Shown in pieces: positions 30,303 through 39,929 of a stretch of DNA of 64,000 bases. Source of the stretch: Alphaproteobacteria bacterium (GTDB lineage Bacteria; Pseudomonadota; Alphaproteobacteria; JAAXGF01); contig CAUVXB020000002.1 in assembly GCA_963555825.3 (NCBI GenBank), forward strand, positions 3,264,001-3,328,000, in the 5' to 3' direction. The notes beneath the pieces are model-generated. The model was not told the DNA's origin, did not search any database, and was given only the letters and a program-made list of their open reading frames with translations. Made by a program: the position numbers and the translations under genes. Each line of letters begins with the position of its first letter. Position 1 is the stretch's first letter.

Positions 30303-31837
30303 CGCTGTCGCGCTGGCACGAGGACCTCGCCGCCCATGACGAGGCCTTCGCGTGCCTGCAAGATCTTCTTGACCCCTCATCCTTCGCAACCACAGTCGTC
30401 AAGGCCTTCCGGGAATGGGGCCAGGGGCTGTTGCGCCTGGCCACGGCGCTCGTCCGGGAGAATGCCGCGCTCGAGCGGGAGAACGCGACCCTGCGGGACC
30501 GCATCGCCGAGCTCGAGCGGAGCGCGGCGCTTGACAGCACCACCAGCAGCAAGCCGCCCGCCAGCGACGGCCTGCGCAAGAAGAGCGGAACCCAGAGGCG
30601 CACCCGAAGCCAGCGCGGCAAGTCCGGCAGGCCAAGCGGCGGCCAGCCGGGCCACAAGGGAACGACGCTGGCGCGGACCGAGAGCCCGGACCATGTTGTG
30701 GATCATGACCCCTCCGCCTGTTCGGGCTGCGGCGCACCGCTGTCGGACGCCGACCGTCACCGCGCGCCCGTCTGTCGACAGGTCTTCGATGTGCCCGAGC
30801 CACGCCCCCTGGAGGTCACCGAACACCGCGCCCATCGCTGCCTCTGCGGCGCCTGCGCCACCGTGACAGGAGCCGTCTTCCCGGACGGCATGACCGCCCC
30901 GGTCCAGTACGGGCCACGCATCACCGCCTGGGTGAGCTACCTGCTGTACGCCCAGTTCGTTCCCGAGAAGCGCTTGGCCGAACTCATGAGCGACCTCTTC
31001 GCAGTGTCCATCTCCACAGCCACGATCACCGCCATGGGCCGGCGAACCGCCAGGCGCTTCGAGCCCTTCCTCGCCCATGTCGCAGACGTGATCCGCACAG
31101 CGGTCCCGGTCAAGCACCTCGACGAAACCGGCCTGCGGATCGCCGCCCGTACCCGCTGGCTCCACGTGCTGTGCACCCCATTCCTGACCGTCCTGCGCAT
31201 CGGCGCGGGACGCGGCGATGTCGAAAAGGACCTCGAAGGCATCCTCATCCATGACGATTACGCCGCCTACTTCACCCTCAAGGGCGTGCGCCACGGCGCC
31301 TGCAACGCCCATCACCTGCGCGAACTCCAGGCCCTGATCGACATCGAGAAGGAAGACTGGGCAAAGAGCATGCACCGCCTCCTTGAGCGCGCACACAGGG
31401 CTACCCGCTTCTCCCGTGAGAACGGCCGCGACGTGCCCGCCTCCCTGGTGGCCCGGATCTCGCGGGCCTGGGCCCGCATCCTCGACCACGCCATCGCCTT
31501 CCACGAGGCGCAGCCGCCGCTCCGGACCGGCAAGCGCGGACGAAAGAAACGCCGCATCGGTCATAACCTCGCGCTCCGCCTCCGCAAGCACAAGGAGGGA
31601 TGCCTGCGATTCCTCACCGACCCGCGCACGCCGTTTACGAACAATGAGGCCGAACGTGACCTCCGAATGGCCAAGCTGCGCCAGAAGATCTCCGGTGGCT
31701 TCCGCTCCGAGAGGGGTGCCTACAACTTCGCCAGAATGCGTGCCGTCATCGCCACCGCCCGAAAGCAAGGCTGGAACGTCCTCCAGACCCTGGTGCATCC
31801 CGATCCGATGCAACTAATCCCCCAACTGCGCCTCTGA
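30299..31837 (+). CDS. IS66-family transposase
   Basis: Coiled coil, DSTTSSKPPASD, GGQPGHKG, CxxC zinc finger, HLDETG, CNAHHLREL, FTNNEAERDLR. Confidence 0.92.
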   Translation: MTLSRWHEDLAAHDEAFACLQDLLDPSSFATTVVKAFREWGQGLLRLATALVRENAALERENATLRDRIAELERSAALDSTTSSKPPASDGLRKKSGTQRRTRSQRGKSGRPSGGQPGHKGTTLARTESPDHVVDHDPSACSGCGAPLSDADRHRAPVCRQVFDVPEPRPLEVTEHRAHRCLCGACATVTGAVFPDGMTAPVQYGPRITAWVSYLLYAQFVPEKRLAELMSDLFAVSISTATITAMGRRTARRFEPFLAHVADVIRTAVPVKHLDETGLRIAARTRWLHVLCTPFLTVLRIGAGRGDVEKDLEGILIHDDYAAYFTLKGVRHGACNAHHLRELQALIDIEKEDWAKSMHRLLERAHRATRFSRENGRDVPASLVARISRAWARILDHAIAFHEAQPPLRTGKRGRKKRRIGHNLALRLRKHKEGCLRFLTDPRTPFTNNEAERDLRMAKLRQKISGGFRSERGAYNFARMRAVIATARKQGWNVLQTLVHPDPMQLIPQLRL

Positions 31838-32051
31838 GAACACCGGCACCGCTACCAGCCCGGACCCGAGGCAGGCCATGGACCGCTGTGGAAGGCAACG
31901 GCGCGGCGAATCGGAGCCACGCCTCGGGCGAAGACGTACGATGACCAGTCGGGCTGAACCTGGGATCATGGCCGTCGCGCACACCCACTGGTGCACCGCT
32001 TGCTTTGCAGCGTCCGGGAGCGCGCGGATATCTTCACGTCTGCCGACACGT

Positions 32052-32066
32052 GTCCTATGATTGTTC
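32052..32066 (+). promoter_or_regulatory. Candidate alphaproteobacterial LexA (SOS) box
   Basis: GTCC-N7-GTTC, one mismatch to GTTC-N7-GTTC, immediately before the dinB GTG. Confidence 0.55.
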
Positions 32067-32067
32067 C

Positions 32068-33687
32068 GTGAAAACCCTGTGCCGCGACTGCGGCCGCGAG
32101 CCGCCCCTTGACGCCGAGGCTTGCCCGGCCTGCGGCTCCGTGCGGGTTGTGCGCCACCAGGAACTCCATGATCTCGCTATCGCCCATCTCGACTGCGATG
32201 CCTTCTACGCCGCCATCGAGAAACGAGACCGACCGGAACTGCGTGATGTCCCGGTGATCGTCGGCGGTCGCCACCGTGGCGTGGTCGCCGCCTGCTGCTA
32301 CATCGCCCGCACCTACGGCGTCCGCTCGGCCATGCCGATGTTCAAGGCCCTTAAAGCCTGCCCCGACGCCACCGTCATCAAGCCCGACATGAAGAAGTAC
32401 ACGGCCGTGGGCCGCGAGGTCCGCGCGATGATGCTGAGCCTGACGCCCCTGGTGGAGCCGCTCTCCATCGACGAGGTATTCATGGACCTCGCCAGCACGG
32501 AGTCCCTCCATGGCGCGAGCCCGGCCACGACCCTGGCTGCGCTGGCGCGCCGGGTAGAAGAAGAACTTGCCATTACCGTGTCCATCGGGCTCAGCTACAA
32601 CAAGTTCCTGGCCAAGATCGCCTCGGACCTGGACAAGCCGCGCGGCTTCGCCGTGATCGGCCGGGCCGAGGCCGAGTCCTTTCTGGCAGACAAGCAGGTC
32701 GGGCTGTTGTGGGGAGTGGGCCCGGCTCTGCGGCAGCGCCTCGCTGGGGACGGCATCACGCTGATCGGCGAACTCGCCCGCGCCGAGGAGGCAGAGCTTG
32801 TCGCCCGTTACGGAAAGATCGGCAAACGGCTGTCGCTGTGCGCCCGGGGCGAGGACGAACGCCCGGTCAACCCCGGCCGCGAGACCAAGAGCATGTCATC
32901 GGAGACCACCCTCGACGAAGACCTCTCCGATCTGGAGAAGCTGCGTGCGATCCTGTGGCAGCTCGCCGAGACGGTGGCGCGGCGCATGAAGACAGCCGGC
33001 ATCGCCGGCGAAGGCGTCACGCTCAAGCTCAAGACCTCGGACTTCAGCAACATCATCGAGACGAACCCGACCCGGGGCGTAAAGAGGAATCCCCGTCCCA
33101 AGCTCACCCGCTTCTTGTCACGCGATGAAATCGGCCGTCTCCATGAAGTGCTGGACCGGTACGAAGCTAGGCGACTCTCATCCAACGTACAGGCGGACAT
33201 CATTCGCCTGCTGTTGCTGACGGGTTGCCGCAAGAGCGAGATATTGAATCTGCGGTGGCGGGAAGTTGGCAACGATACGCTGGAGCTTGAGGACAGTAGG
33301 ACCGGGCCGAGACAGGTGCTGCTGAGTCCCGATGCCCGCGCCGTTATTGAGCGGCAGCCGCGGTCGGGGAGCCCCTGGGTGTTTCCCTCGCCGATGAATC
33401 CGACGCGGGCGCGCGTCGATCTCAGCCTGTGGAAGAGGGTGCGGAAGCTGGCCGGGCTCGAAGGGGTACGAATTCACGATTTAAGGCACACGTTCGCCAG
33501 CCAAGCGGCGATGCAGGGCATTCCGCTGCCGGTGGTGGCGCGTCTACTCGGCCACGCCCAGGTGCAAATGACGCTGCGCTATGCGCATGTCAGCGACCGG
33601 GACGTCGAGGCCGCCGCGGAGCGTATCGGCGGGGTGATGGCGGGCATCATGAATAGATCGCCCGTTCGGTCGGAGCTTGCGCCATAA
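32068..33687 (+). CDS. dinB: Chimeric ORF: DNA polymerase IV (lacking most of the little-finger domain) fused to a tyrosine recombinase catalytic domain
   Basis: CRDC..CPAC, HLDCDAFYA, YIARTYGVRSAM, LSIDE, KLKTSDF; after ~33050 NPTRGVK, TGCRKSE, HDLRH, LLGH...TLRYAH. Confidence 0.85.
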   Translation: MKTLCRDCGREPPLDAEACPACGSVRVVRHQELHDLAIAHLDCDAFYAAIEKRDRPELRDVPVIVGGRHRGVVAACCYIARTYGVRSAMPMFKALKACPDATVIKPDMKKYTAVGREVRAMMLSLTPLVEPLSIDEVFMDLASTESLHGASPATTLAALARRVEEELAITVSIGLSYNKFLAKIASDLDKPRGFAVIGRAEAESFLADKQVGLLWGVGPALRQRLAGDGITLIGELARAEEAELVARYGKIGKRLSLCARGEDERPVNPGRETKSMSSETTLDEDLSDLEKLRAILWQLAETVARRMKTAGIAGEGVTLKLKTSDFSNIIETNPTRGVKRNPRPKLTRFLSRDEIGRLHEVLDRYEARRLSSNVQADIIRLLLLTGCRKSEILNLRWREVGNDTLELEDSRTGPRQVLLSPDARAVIERQPRSGSPWVFPSPMNPTRARVDLSLWKRVRKLAGLEGVRIHDLRHTFASQAAMQGIPLPVVARLLGHAQVQMTLRYAHVSDRDVEAAAERIGGVMAGIMNRSPVRSELAP

Positions 33688-34031
33688 AGGCTGCTGTCTG
33701 AAATCGACGACAGGGTGTGTCTCTGGGACCGCAGGGAGCTCTGTGACACCGTCAAATTCGATGGTCAAAGCGAGCCCGGTCGCAGTGTTTGATCCACATT
33801 GGCGGTAATGCGTGCGAAGTCGGTTTGGAGCACCGAACTTGTCAGCAAGCATGTAAGCTATTAGATGGCGGAGAGCCGAAATTGTGAGGGCGTTGTTTCT
33901 TGGGCGTAATCCCAAGGCCTTTTTCTTGTTCACCTTCGCGGCCGGTAGGGTGGCGAGCGGATTAAGCAGGTCGCGCGACCGACGGCGCCCACAGTAACTC
34001 TCGGACTTGACTGCGCAACGCGGGGAAAACC

Positions 34032-34925
34032 ATGCTCGAAGATCTTGCCATCCAATTCGTTATCCAGAGCGAGGATACCCTCAAAGGAATCGGCCTCGGT
34101 TTGACCATTGTCGGGGCGGTCATCGCGGCAATCATTACGCGGTCGAAAGTTGAGATCGCTCGCACGACATACTTCGCCTATTCAGCACTGATCTTCTTCG
34201 CGGTCTCCGCCGTGCAAATCGTCTGGCTCCAGTCGATCCCCGCCATGACGGGTGGCTACTTGTAGGTGCTCATGGCAATCTCGCTTACAGCGTCAATCGC
34301 AGGTGGATACTTCTTCTGTCGCATCGCAATAGCGCGTTCTCACGATGCCTACGGGCACGGTCGCATGGCATTTCTCGCCTTCATCCCGATTGCGAACTTC
34401 TGGCTCCTGCTGACCCCTTCGAAGAACGTGATGTCAGCCAACCGCACCCCGACGATACCGCTGCTATCGGGCGGGCTTGGCGTCGTAACCGGCTTCGTCT
34501 TGCTTGCGACTGCCTTTGGCGTGACCGTCTACATTGAGGAACAAGGTCGCGTGATGGATTCGCAAACTCAGATCGAGCCCGTGTCACAGCAAGCGGTGAT
34601 CGACTCCATGATCCGCTCGAACGGCCTTGAGGAGACGTTGCGCCTCGTGGCTGCTGAGGCGCAAACGCCAATCACCGTAGACGAAGTGACGACGCTCGCA
34701 CGGATGGAGGCTGCTGGGACGCAGTTGCGGCGAATCTACGTTGTCGATCTCGCAGGCATGAGGTTGACGGAGGAATTCGCAGCTCGCAGCCGCAATGGCA
34801 TCTGCGCATGACCCGCGTTTGAGCCGATCCTGCGTGCGGGAGGCTCTATCCAAGAAGTCTACGAGGAACGTAACGGTCGCGCAATTGGCGCTGCAATGGT
34901 TACGCGCGATGACTGTGGCTTCTAG
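34032..34925 (+). pseudogene. Membrane protein (DUF805-like N-terminus) with two in-frame stops
   Basis: Single frame interrupted by TAG at 34263 and TGA at 34809; AIARSHDAYG..RMAFLAFIPIANFWLL. Confidence 0.6.
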
Positions 34926-34947
34926 TGCAGTGACTCAATCGTTTGGG

Positions 34948-35021
34948 AATTATCCCGACTACTTGACACTCACCCCCACCGTGCCCTCGCCAGGGGTGAG
35001 TGTCAAGTAGTCGGGATAATT
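34948..35021. repeat. Perfect 29-bp inverted repeat with 16-bp spacer (MITE-like)
   Basis: AATTATCCCGACTACTTGACACTCACCCC at 34948-34976; reverse complement at 34993-35021. Confidence 0.9.
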
Positions 35022-35214
35022 GGTAGTGGGTCAGTTTGAATTTCTCAGCCATTGACTTGACTCTAGCCGTTTGGGATGAGGCATGCCATATTCATTGACA
35101 TGGCCAAACCCAAGAGACCACGCGACACCAACCAGCTCGCCAAGCACATCGTGGATGTGGCAACCGGAGAATCGGAGACAACCCTGGAGGTTCCCCCGGC
35201 GAACGAGTTCGCGA

Positions 35215-36868
35215 GGGTGCGAGTCTCGCATGGCAGTGATGTCTGCGGCTTGGTTCGTTGAGTTCAGGCAGCGATTGCCATGGCTGCTGCACGTGGACTG
35301 ATGTTGTCGTTGGCCGGTGTGTCGGTTGCGCTGATCAGGGCCTTCCATGCCCGCTCGAAGCGGCCGGATTTGATCAGGGCGCGGAAGGTCAGAACAGCCT
35401 GTCCGCCGACGATCCGCCAGCGCATGCCGGAGCGCTTCATGCGCTGTGTCACCAGGGTCTTGTTGGCAGCTTCGACCACGCCTGAGCCGATGGCGATGCC
35501 CTCTTCCTTCAGGGCGTGGTAGCGCATGCGATGGCGATGCTTGCGGAAGAAGGCGAGTTCCCGCTCGGTCTCGGCCCGGTCCGGCGCAGCGGCGGCATCG
35601 CGAAGGTGGCGCAGCGCCCGGATCACCTTGGCGACGCCACGGGGATCGTGACGGAGGATCTCGCGGTACTTCTCGAACCAGCCGGGCGCCACGGCATGGT
35701 CGGACGCGGTTTGCAGATGTTCGCAAGCATGCCAGAAGTCGATCACCTCGGTTTCGGGCGACAGGGTCTCCAGGAAGGTCCAGTTGTCGGCGGCGCCATC
35801 GGCGATAGCGACGATCCCGATCTCGGGGCGTGCTCGCCTGATGTGTGCGACTTCGCTTGCAAGCTGCGCCTTCAGCGTGAGCTTGCCGCTCTCCGGCATG
35901 CGGCCGAGATAGAGGGTCTTCAGGCGCTTGCCCTCGGCGTCGTGGAAGGAGACCGTGCCGCAGGCAGCCTCGCGCCAGGAGGCCTTGGCGCGACCGTCCT
36001 CGCCGGGTCTCAGCGGCACCATGACGCCGTCGAGGGAGACCGAGGCGGTGGTCGCGTCCTGCGGTATGCCCTCGGCCTCACGGATGCTGCCCAGCGTCTC
36101 CGGGCCGAGGCTCTCCCAGCATTCGTGCATGCTCAGGGTCAGGCGCTGCAGGGTGCTCACCGACGGCGTCATGGCGCCGGTCTTCGCAAAGAACGCCGCC
36201 GCTTCCCGGGCCGTGCAGTGACCCATCATCAGCAGACCGAGCTCGGCCGCCGGCCGCGTCAGGTAATCGTCGACGAGGCCCAGGCTCTCGTCGACCGGCA
36301 CCGGCGATGCCCCGCTCGCGCCGCTGCGGTAACGCGCTCGCCGGTAGGTCACCGGACCGAGCGAGGTCATGATCGTCTTCGGCGTCACCGCGACCCGGAA
36401 CCAGCTCTGCCCGTCCCGCTCGATCCGGGAAGCGCCATCGTCCCGGTTCTCGATGACGGCGCCCATGACATCGCGAGCGAACTCGTTCGTGGCCTCACGC
36501 ACCCGCAACTCGACCTCCTCGGGCGCCTCGGGGCGCGGCTCGGAACGAAGCTCCTCGCGACACAGTGCGAGCACCCGGGCGGCCGCCTCGACGACCCGAG
36601 GAGGCAGGCCGGAAAGATCGATGGACGAAGGCGCCGGAGGCGGGGATACTGCCATGGGAATGCTCCCGATGTTGGGTTTCGAGACACGGCATCGTACCGC
36701 TTCTGGCGGTGCGGAGCGTTCCCACCTTCCCCTGCTCGACCCTGCCGTCGTAACAAAATCCTGCCTTGGAGCGGCCCATTGTCACGAATAGCCGATTTCG
36801 GCCGTTCGTCTCGACACAAAAAACGCACTAAATCAATGACTTAGATTTTCCATACCAGACCCACACCC
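35215..36868 (-). mobile_element. ISKra4-family element, intact
   Basis: GGGTG(C/T)G(A/G)GTCT IRs; 8-bp TSD GTTCGCGA. Confidence 0.88.
35264..36655 (-). CDS. ISKra4-family transposase
   Basis: SLDGVMV, IADGA, IDFWHACEHL, IGSGVVEAANK...RMKRSGMRW. Confidence 0.88.
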   Translation of the reverse strand: MAVSPPPAPSSIDLSGLPPRVVEAAARVLALCREELRSEPRPEAPEEVELRVREATNEFARDVMGAVIENRDDGASRIERDGQSWFRVAVTPKTIMTSLGPVTYRRARYRSGASGASPVPVDESLGLVDDYLTRPAAELGLLMMGHCTAREAAAFFAKTGAMTPSVSTLQRLTLSMHECWESLGPETLGSIREAEGIPQDATTASVSLDGVMVPLRPGEDGRAKASWREAACGTVSFHDAEGKRLKTLYLGRMPESGKLTLKAQLASEVAHIRRARPEIGIVAIADGAADNWTFLETLSPETEVIDFWHACEHLQTASDHAVAPGWFEKYREILRHDPRGVAKVIRALRHLRDAAAAPDRAETERELAFFRKHRHRMRYHALKEEGIAIGSGVVEAANKTLVTQRMKRSGMRWRIVGGQAVLTFRALIKSGRFERAWKALISATDTPANDNISPRAAAMAIAA

Positions 36869-37301
36869 GTTCGCGAGGGCTGGTGGCTTGAAGGGCGGCA
36901 AGGCCCGAGCCAAGGCTCTAACCCCTGAGCGACGTAAAGAAATCGCCGAGAGAGCGGCAAATGCGCGGTGGAAGGTCAAGCGGGAAGAGTAGACCGCTCT
37001 TCTTTCATTTGCCGCTTGATGAAACTTGACAAAAGTGGCACGGCAAACAGGTATTTGCCATATCTGTTTTTGTATACGAGACCGGCATCGCTAAGTGACA
37101 CTAGCATCTGGTTAATATGGCTACTGTTAAAGGGCTTTGCCGGTCGGGATTTCGATAGGTCTGCCACCTCTTGGACCGTAAACTCGGAAACGCAGTTTGG
37201 TAGGGAGGCAATGACTTCCATTAACTCTCTCTGTTGAGGTGGTCCCAGAAAATCGGACAGGGAGCTAAGGTGTATTCCACCGGATAACGGAGGAATACGA
37301 G

Positions 37302-37583
37302 ATGACGAATCGACGCCGGTTTACGGCGGAATTCAAGGCCCGGGTGGCGCTGGAAGCGCTGCGGGGCGACAAGACGATCCAGCAGATCGCGGCCAAGCAC
37401 AAGGTGCATCCGAACCAGGTGAGCGCCTGGAAGCGCCAGGCGGTGGACGGTCTGGGCGAAGTGTTTTCGAACGGCGCCAACCGCGCTTGCCGGGATCATG
37501 AATCCGAGGTCCGCGACCTTCACGCCAAGATCGGCGAGCTGACGGTGGAACGGGATTTTTTAGCCAGAGGGCTCAAGCGATGA
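37302..37583 (+). CDS. IS3 OrfA
   Basis: RRRFTAEFKARVALEAL HTH; T6 slippery site near the end. Confidence 0.92.
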   Translation: MTNRRRFTAEFKARVALEALRGDKTIQQIAAKHKVHPNQVSAWKRQAVDGLGEVFSNGANRACRDHESEVRDLHAKIGELTVERDFLARGLKR

Positions 37584-38509
37584 GCCGGGGGGAGCGCAAG
37601 GCGATGATCACACGCGACGCCCCCGAGCTGAGCTTGAGCCGTCAATGCCGCCTGCTTTCGATCGGCCGGTCCTCGTTCTATTATGCGCCCAGGGGGGAGA
37701 GCCCTTCGAGTCTGGCGCTGATGCGTCGGATCGACGAGTTGTTCATGAAGTACCCGTTCTACGGCAGCCGCCAGATGGTCCGCCAGTTGCGGCGGGACGG
37801 CGTTTGCGTCGGCCGTCACCGGGTTCGCAGGTTGATGCGATTGATAGGCCTGGAGGCGATCTATCAGGCGCCGAGAACCAGCGTGCCGCATCCCATGCAC
37901 CGGATTTATCCTTATCTTCTCAAAGGGATGGCTATCGACCAGCCCAATCGGGTCTGGTGCGCCGACATCACCTATATCCCCGTCCAGCGTGGCTTTCTGT
38001 ACCTGGTAGCGATCATGGACTGGGCGACGCGCCACGTTTTATCCTGGCGGCTGTCGAACACCATGGACGCTGGATTCTGCGCCGAGGCCTTGGGCGACGC
38101 GCTGGCCCGCTACGGCCAGCCGGAGATATTCAATACGGATCAGGGCAGCCAGTTCACCAGCCTCGACTTCACCGGCGTGCTCAAGAACGCGAGCATCCGC
38201 ATCTCCATGGACGGTCGGGGCCGCTGCATGGACAACATCTTCATCGAGCGCCTGTGGCGGTCTCTCAAGTATGAGGCGGTCTACCTACACGAGCTCACCG
38301 ACGGCTTCCACGCCGAACGGGTCATCGGCGAGTGGATCGGCTTCTACAACACCGAGCGGCCCCATTCGTCCCTCGACGGTCAAACGCCGGCCGAGGCCTA
38401 CGGGGCCGGTCAACCTGTGGATATGATGGACAAGGCTCGCGCCTTGCCCACATCCCCACAGGCTCAACAACAGCAACAGGATGTGATAAAAAGGATTTTG
38501 GCAGCATGA
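37580..38509 (+). CDS. IS3 OrfB transposase
   Basis: WCADITYI, FNTDQGSQF, DNIFIERLWRSLKYE. Confidence 0.95.
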   Translation: MSRGERKAMITRDAPELSLSRQCRLLSIGRSSFYYAPRGESPSSLALMRRIDELFMKYPFYGSRQMVRQLRRDGVCVGRHRVRRLMRLIGLEAIYQAPRTSVPHPMHRIYPYLLKGMAIDQPNRVWCADITYIPVQRGFLYLVAIMDWATRHVLSWRLSNTMDAGFCAEALGDALARYGQPEIFNTDQGSQFTSLDFTGVLKNASIRISMDGRGRCMDNIFIERLWRSLKYEAVYLHELTDGFHAERVIGEWIGFYNTERPHSSLDGQTPAEAYGAGQPVDMMDKARALPTSPQAQQQQQDVIKRILAA

Positions 38510-38589
38510 TCAAACAACGGAATACACCTTAACCGCGCTGCCAAACTGTCCAACTGTATCGCACCCGGTTCCTTGGACACAAGTTTGTC

Positions 38590-39501
38590 TCATGCGGCGG
38601 GCCTGAGTGACATCGCGGTGTGCCACGCCTGACGAGCTTGAGCGGGGCTCAGGTAGCCGTTCTTCTCCACGATCCACTGGGCATTGTACTGTTCGACGAA
38701 CCCGCGGACGGCGTTCCGCAGCTCCGCGATGTTGCGGTAGATGCGGCCATGGATGATCTGTTCCTTGAGCGTGCGATTGAACCTCTCGGCGACGCCGTTG
38801 GTCTGGGGCTGTTCGACGAAGGCGTAGGACGGCTGGATGCCCCAGAACTTGATCTGGTTGGTGAAGTGGTCCGACAGATACTGGGAGCCGTGATCCATCC
38901 GCAAGGCCAGCCCCCGCGCCGCACCGGCGGAGGTCGAGGCATACAGCCTCGCAAGCCCCATGGAGATCGGCTGAAGGGCGGCGAAGCGGTCGCCTCGCTT
39001 GCACACATGCCAGCCGACGCACTCGGCGTTCCAATGCTCGATGGCGGTGAATATCCAGCCCCAGCCGTCGTCCACCGTGAACACCCGAACGCCGTCCGTG
39101 CCCCACATGAGGTTGGGGGCATGGGTGATGATCTCACCGACATGGGGATTTCCGCCACGGCGGCGGCAGCGATGGGGCGAGAGCAGGTTGTTCTCGCGCA
39201 TCACCCGGAGCACCCGCTTGCGGGAAACACGGATGCCACGACAGACCCGAAGCCGAGCCCAGACCTTGCGGTGTCCCTCGCCCTCCCAGGGGGATGCCTC
39301 CAGGTCGGCCTCGATGGCCACCAGCAGAGCCTCGTCCGAGATCGAGGGCTTCGGTCCCCGGCGCTTTGCTGGTGGGCGCTCAGCGGTGGCCTGCTGCCGG
39401 GATTTCATGGCGTAGAACGAGGAACGGGCAAAACCCCAGGCCGCACAGACCCGCTGGAGGCCGTAGGCCAAACCCGTGCCGGGAGAGGTGGCGGCACTCA
39501 T
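38590..39501 (-). CDS. IS3-like OrfB transposase
   Basis: WGTDG, RMDHGSQY, PQTNGVAERFNRTLKEQ. Confidence 0.9.
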   Translation of the reverse strand: MSAATSPGTGLAYGLQRVCAAWGFARSSFYAMKSRQQATAERPPAKRRGPKPSISDEALLVAIEADLEASPWEGEGHRKVWARLRVCRGIRVSRKRVLRVMRENNLLSPHRCRRRGGNPHVGEIITHAPNLMWGTDGVRVFTVDDGWGWIFTAIEHWNAECVGWHVCKRGDRFAALQPISMGLARLYASTSAGAARGLALRMDHGSQYLSDHFTNQIKFWGIQPSYAFVEQPQTNGVAERFNRTLKEQIIHGRIYRNIAELRNAVRGFVEQYNAQWIVEKNGYLSPAQARQAWHTAMSLRPAA

Positions 39502-39929
39502 CGCCGCGACCTCCGCCGCCCCAAAGGGCCGGACGTCTCCGTCTTGGCCTCCAGCAGTTCCACCTGCATGATCAACTCCCCGATCCGCTTCATGGCGATG
39601 TCCAGTTCCGCCTTCACCGGATCGCCCTTGCGTTCCTTGAGCGAGGCATCGATCCCGGCGATCGCCTTCTCACGCCACTGCTCGAGCCGGAAAATCTCCA
39701 CGCCCAACTGCCGCGACAAAAGTTCCACCGGCTCGCCACGCAAAAGCCGCAGGGCAACCTCACGCTTGCGCGTCACCGTCCACCGCTGGCCAAGTCCCAG
39801 CGGGCCTGCCGGCGAAACCTGGCCCGGGGAAAACGTGGACGAGCCAAGCTCGCCCTCGTTTACCACAGGCCCATCAACAGCAACTTTGTTCTCAAAATTG
39901 TCGGTCATGTTCCGGTCCTCCTTGGACAC
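39498..39929 (-). CDS. IS3-like OrfA
   Basis: RWTVTRKREVALRLLRGE HTH plus zipper; ATGA overlap with orfB. Confidence 0.85.
   Translation of the reverse strand: MSKEDRNMTDNFENKVAVDGPVVNEGELGSSTFSPGQVSPAGPLGLGQRWTVTRKREVALRLLRGEPVELLSRQLGVEIFRLEQWREKAIAGIDASLKERKGDPVKAELDIAMKRIGELIMQVELLEAKTETSGPLGRRRSRR

Larger units (their letters stand above)
29488..31837 (+). mobile_element. IS66-family (single-transposase, ISBst12-like) element carrying a DNA methyltransferase; right end not found
   Basis: Left end GTAACTACCCAG; MTase and transposase overlap by GTGA; no tnpA/tnpB accessory genes. Confidence 0.75.
35100..36992 (+). pseudogene. Small basic protein (76 aa, KGGKARA motif) interrupted by ISKra4
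   Basis: Joining 35100-35214 to 36877-36992 gives MAKPKRPRDTNQLAKHIVDVATGE...EFARAGGLKGGKARAKALTPERRKEIAERAANARWKVKREE. Confidence 0.8.
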
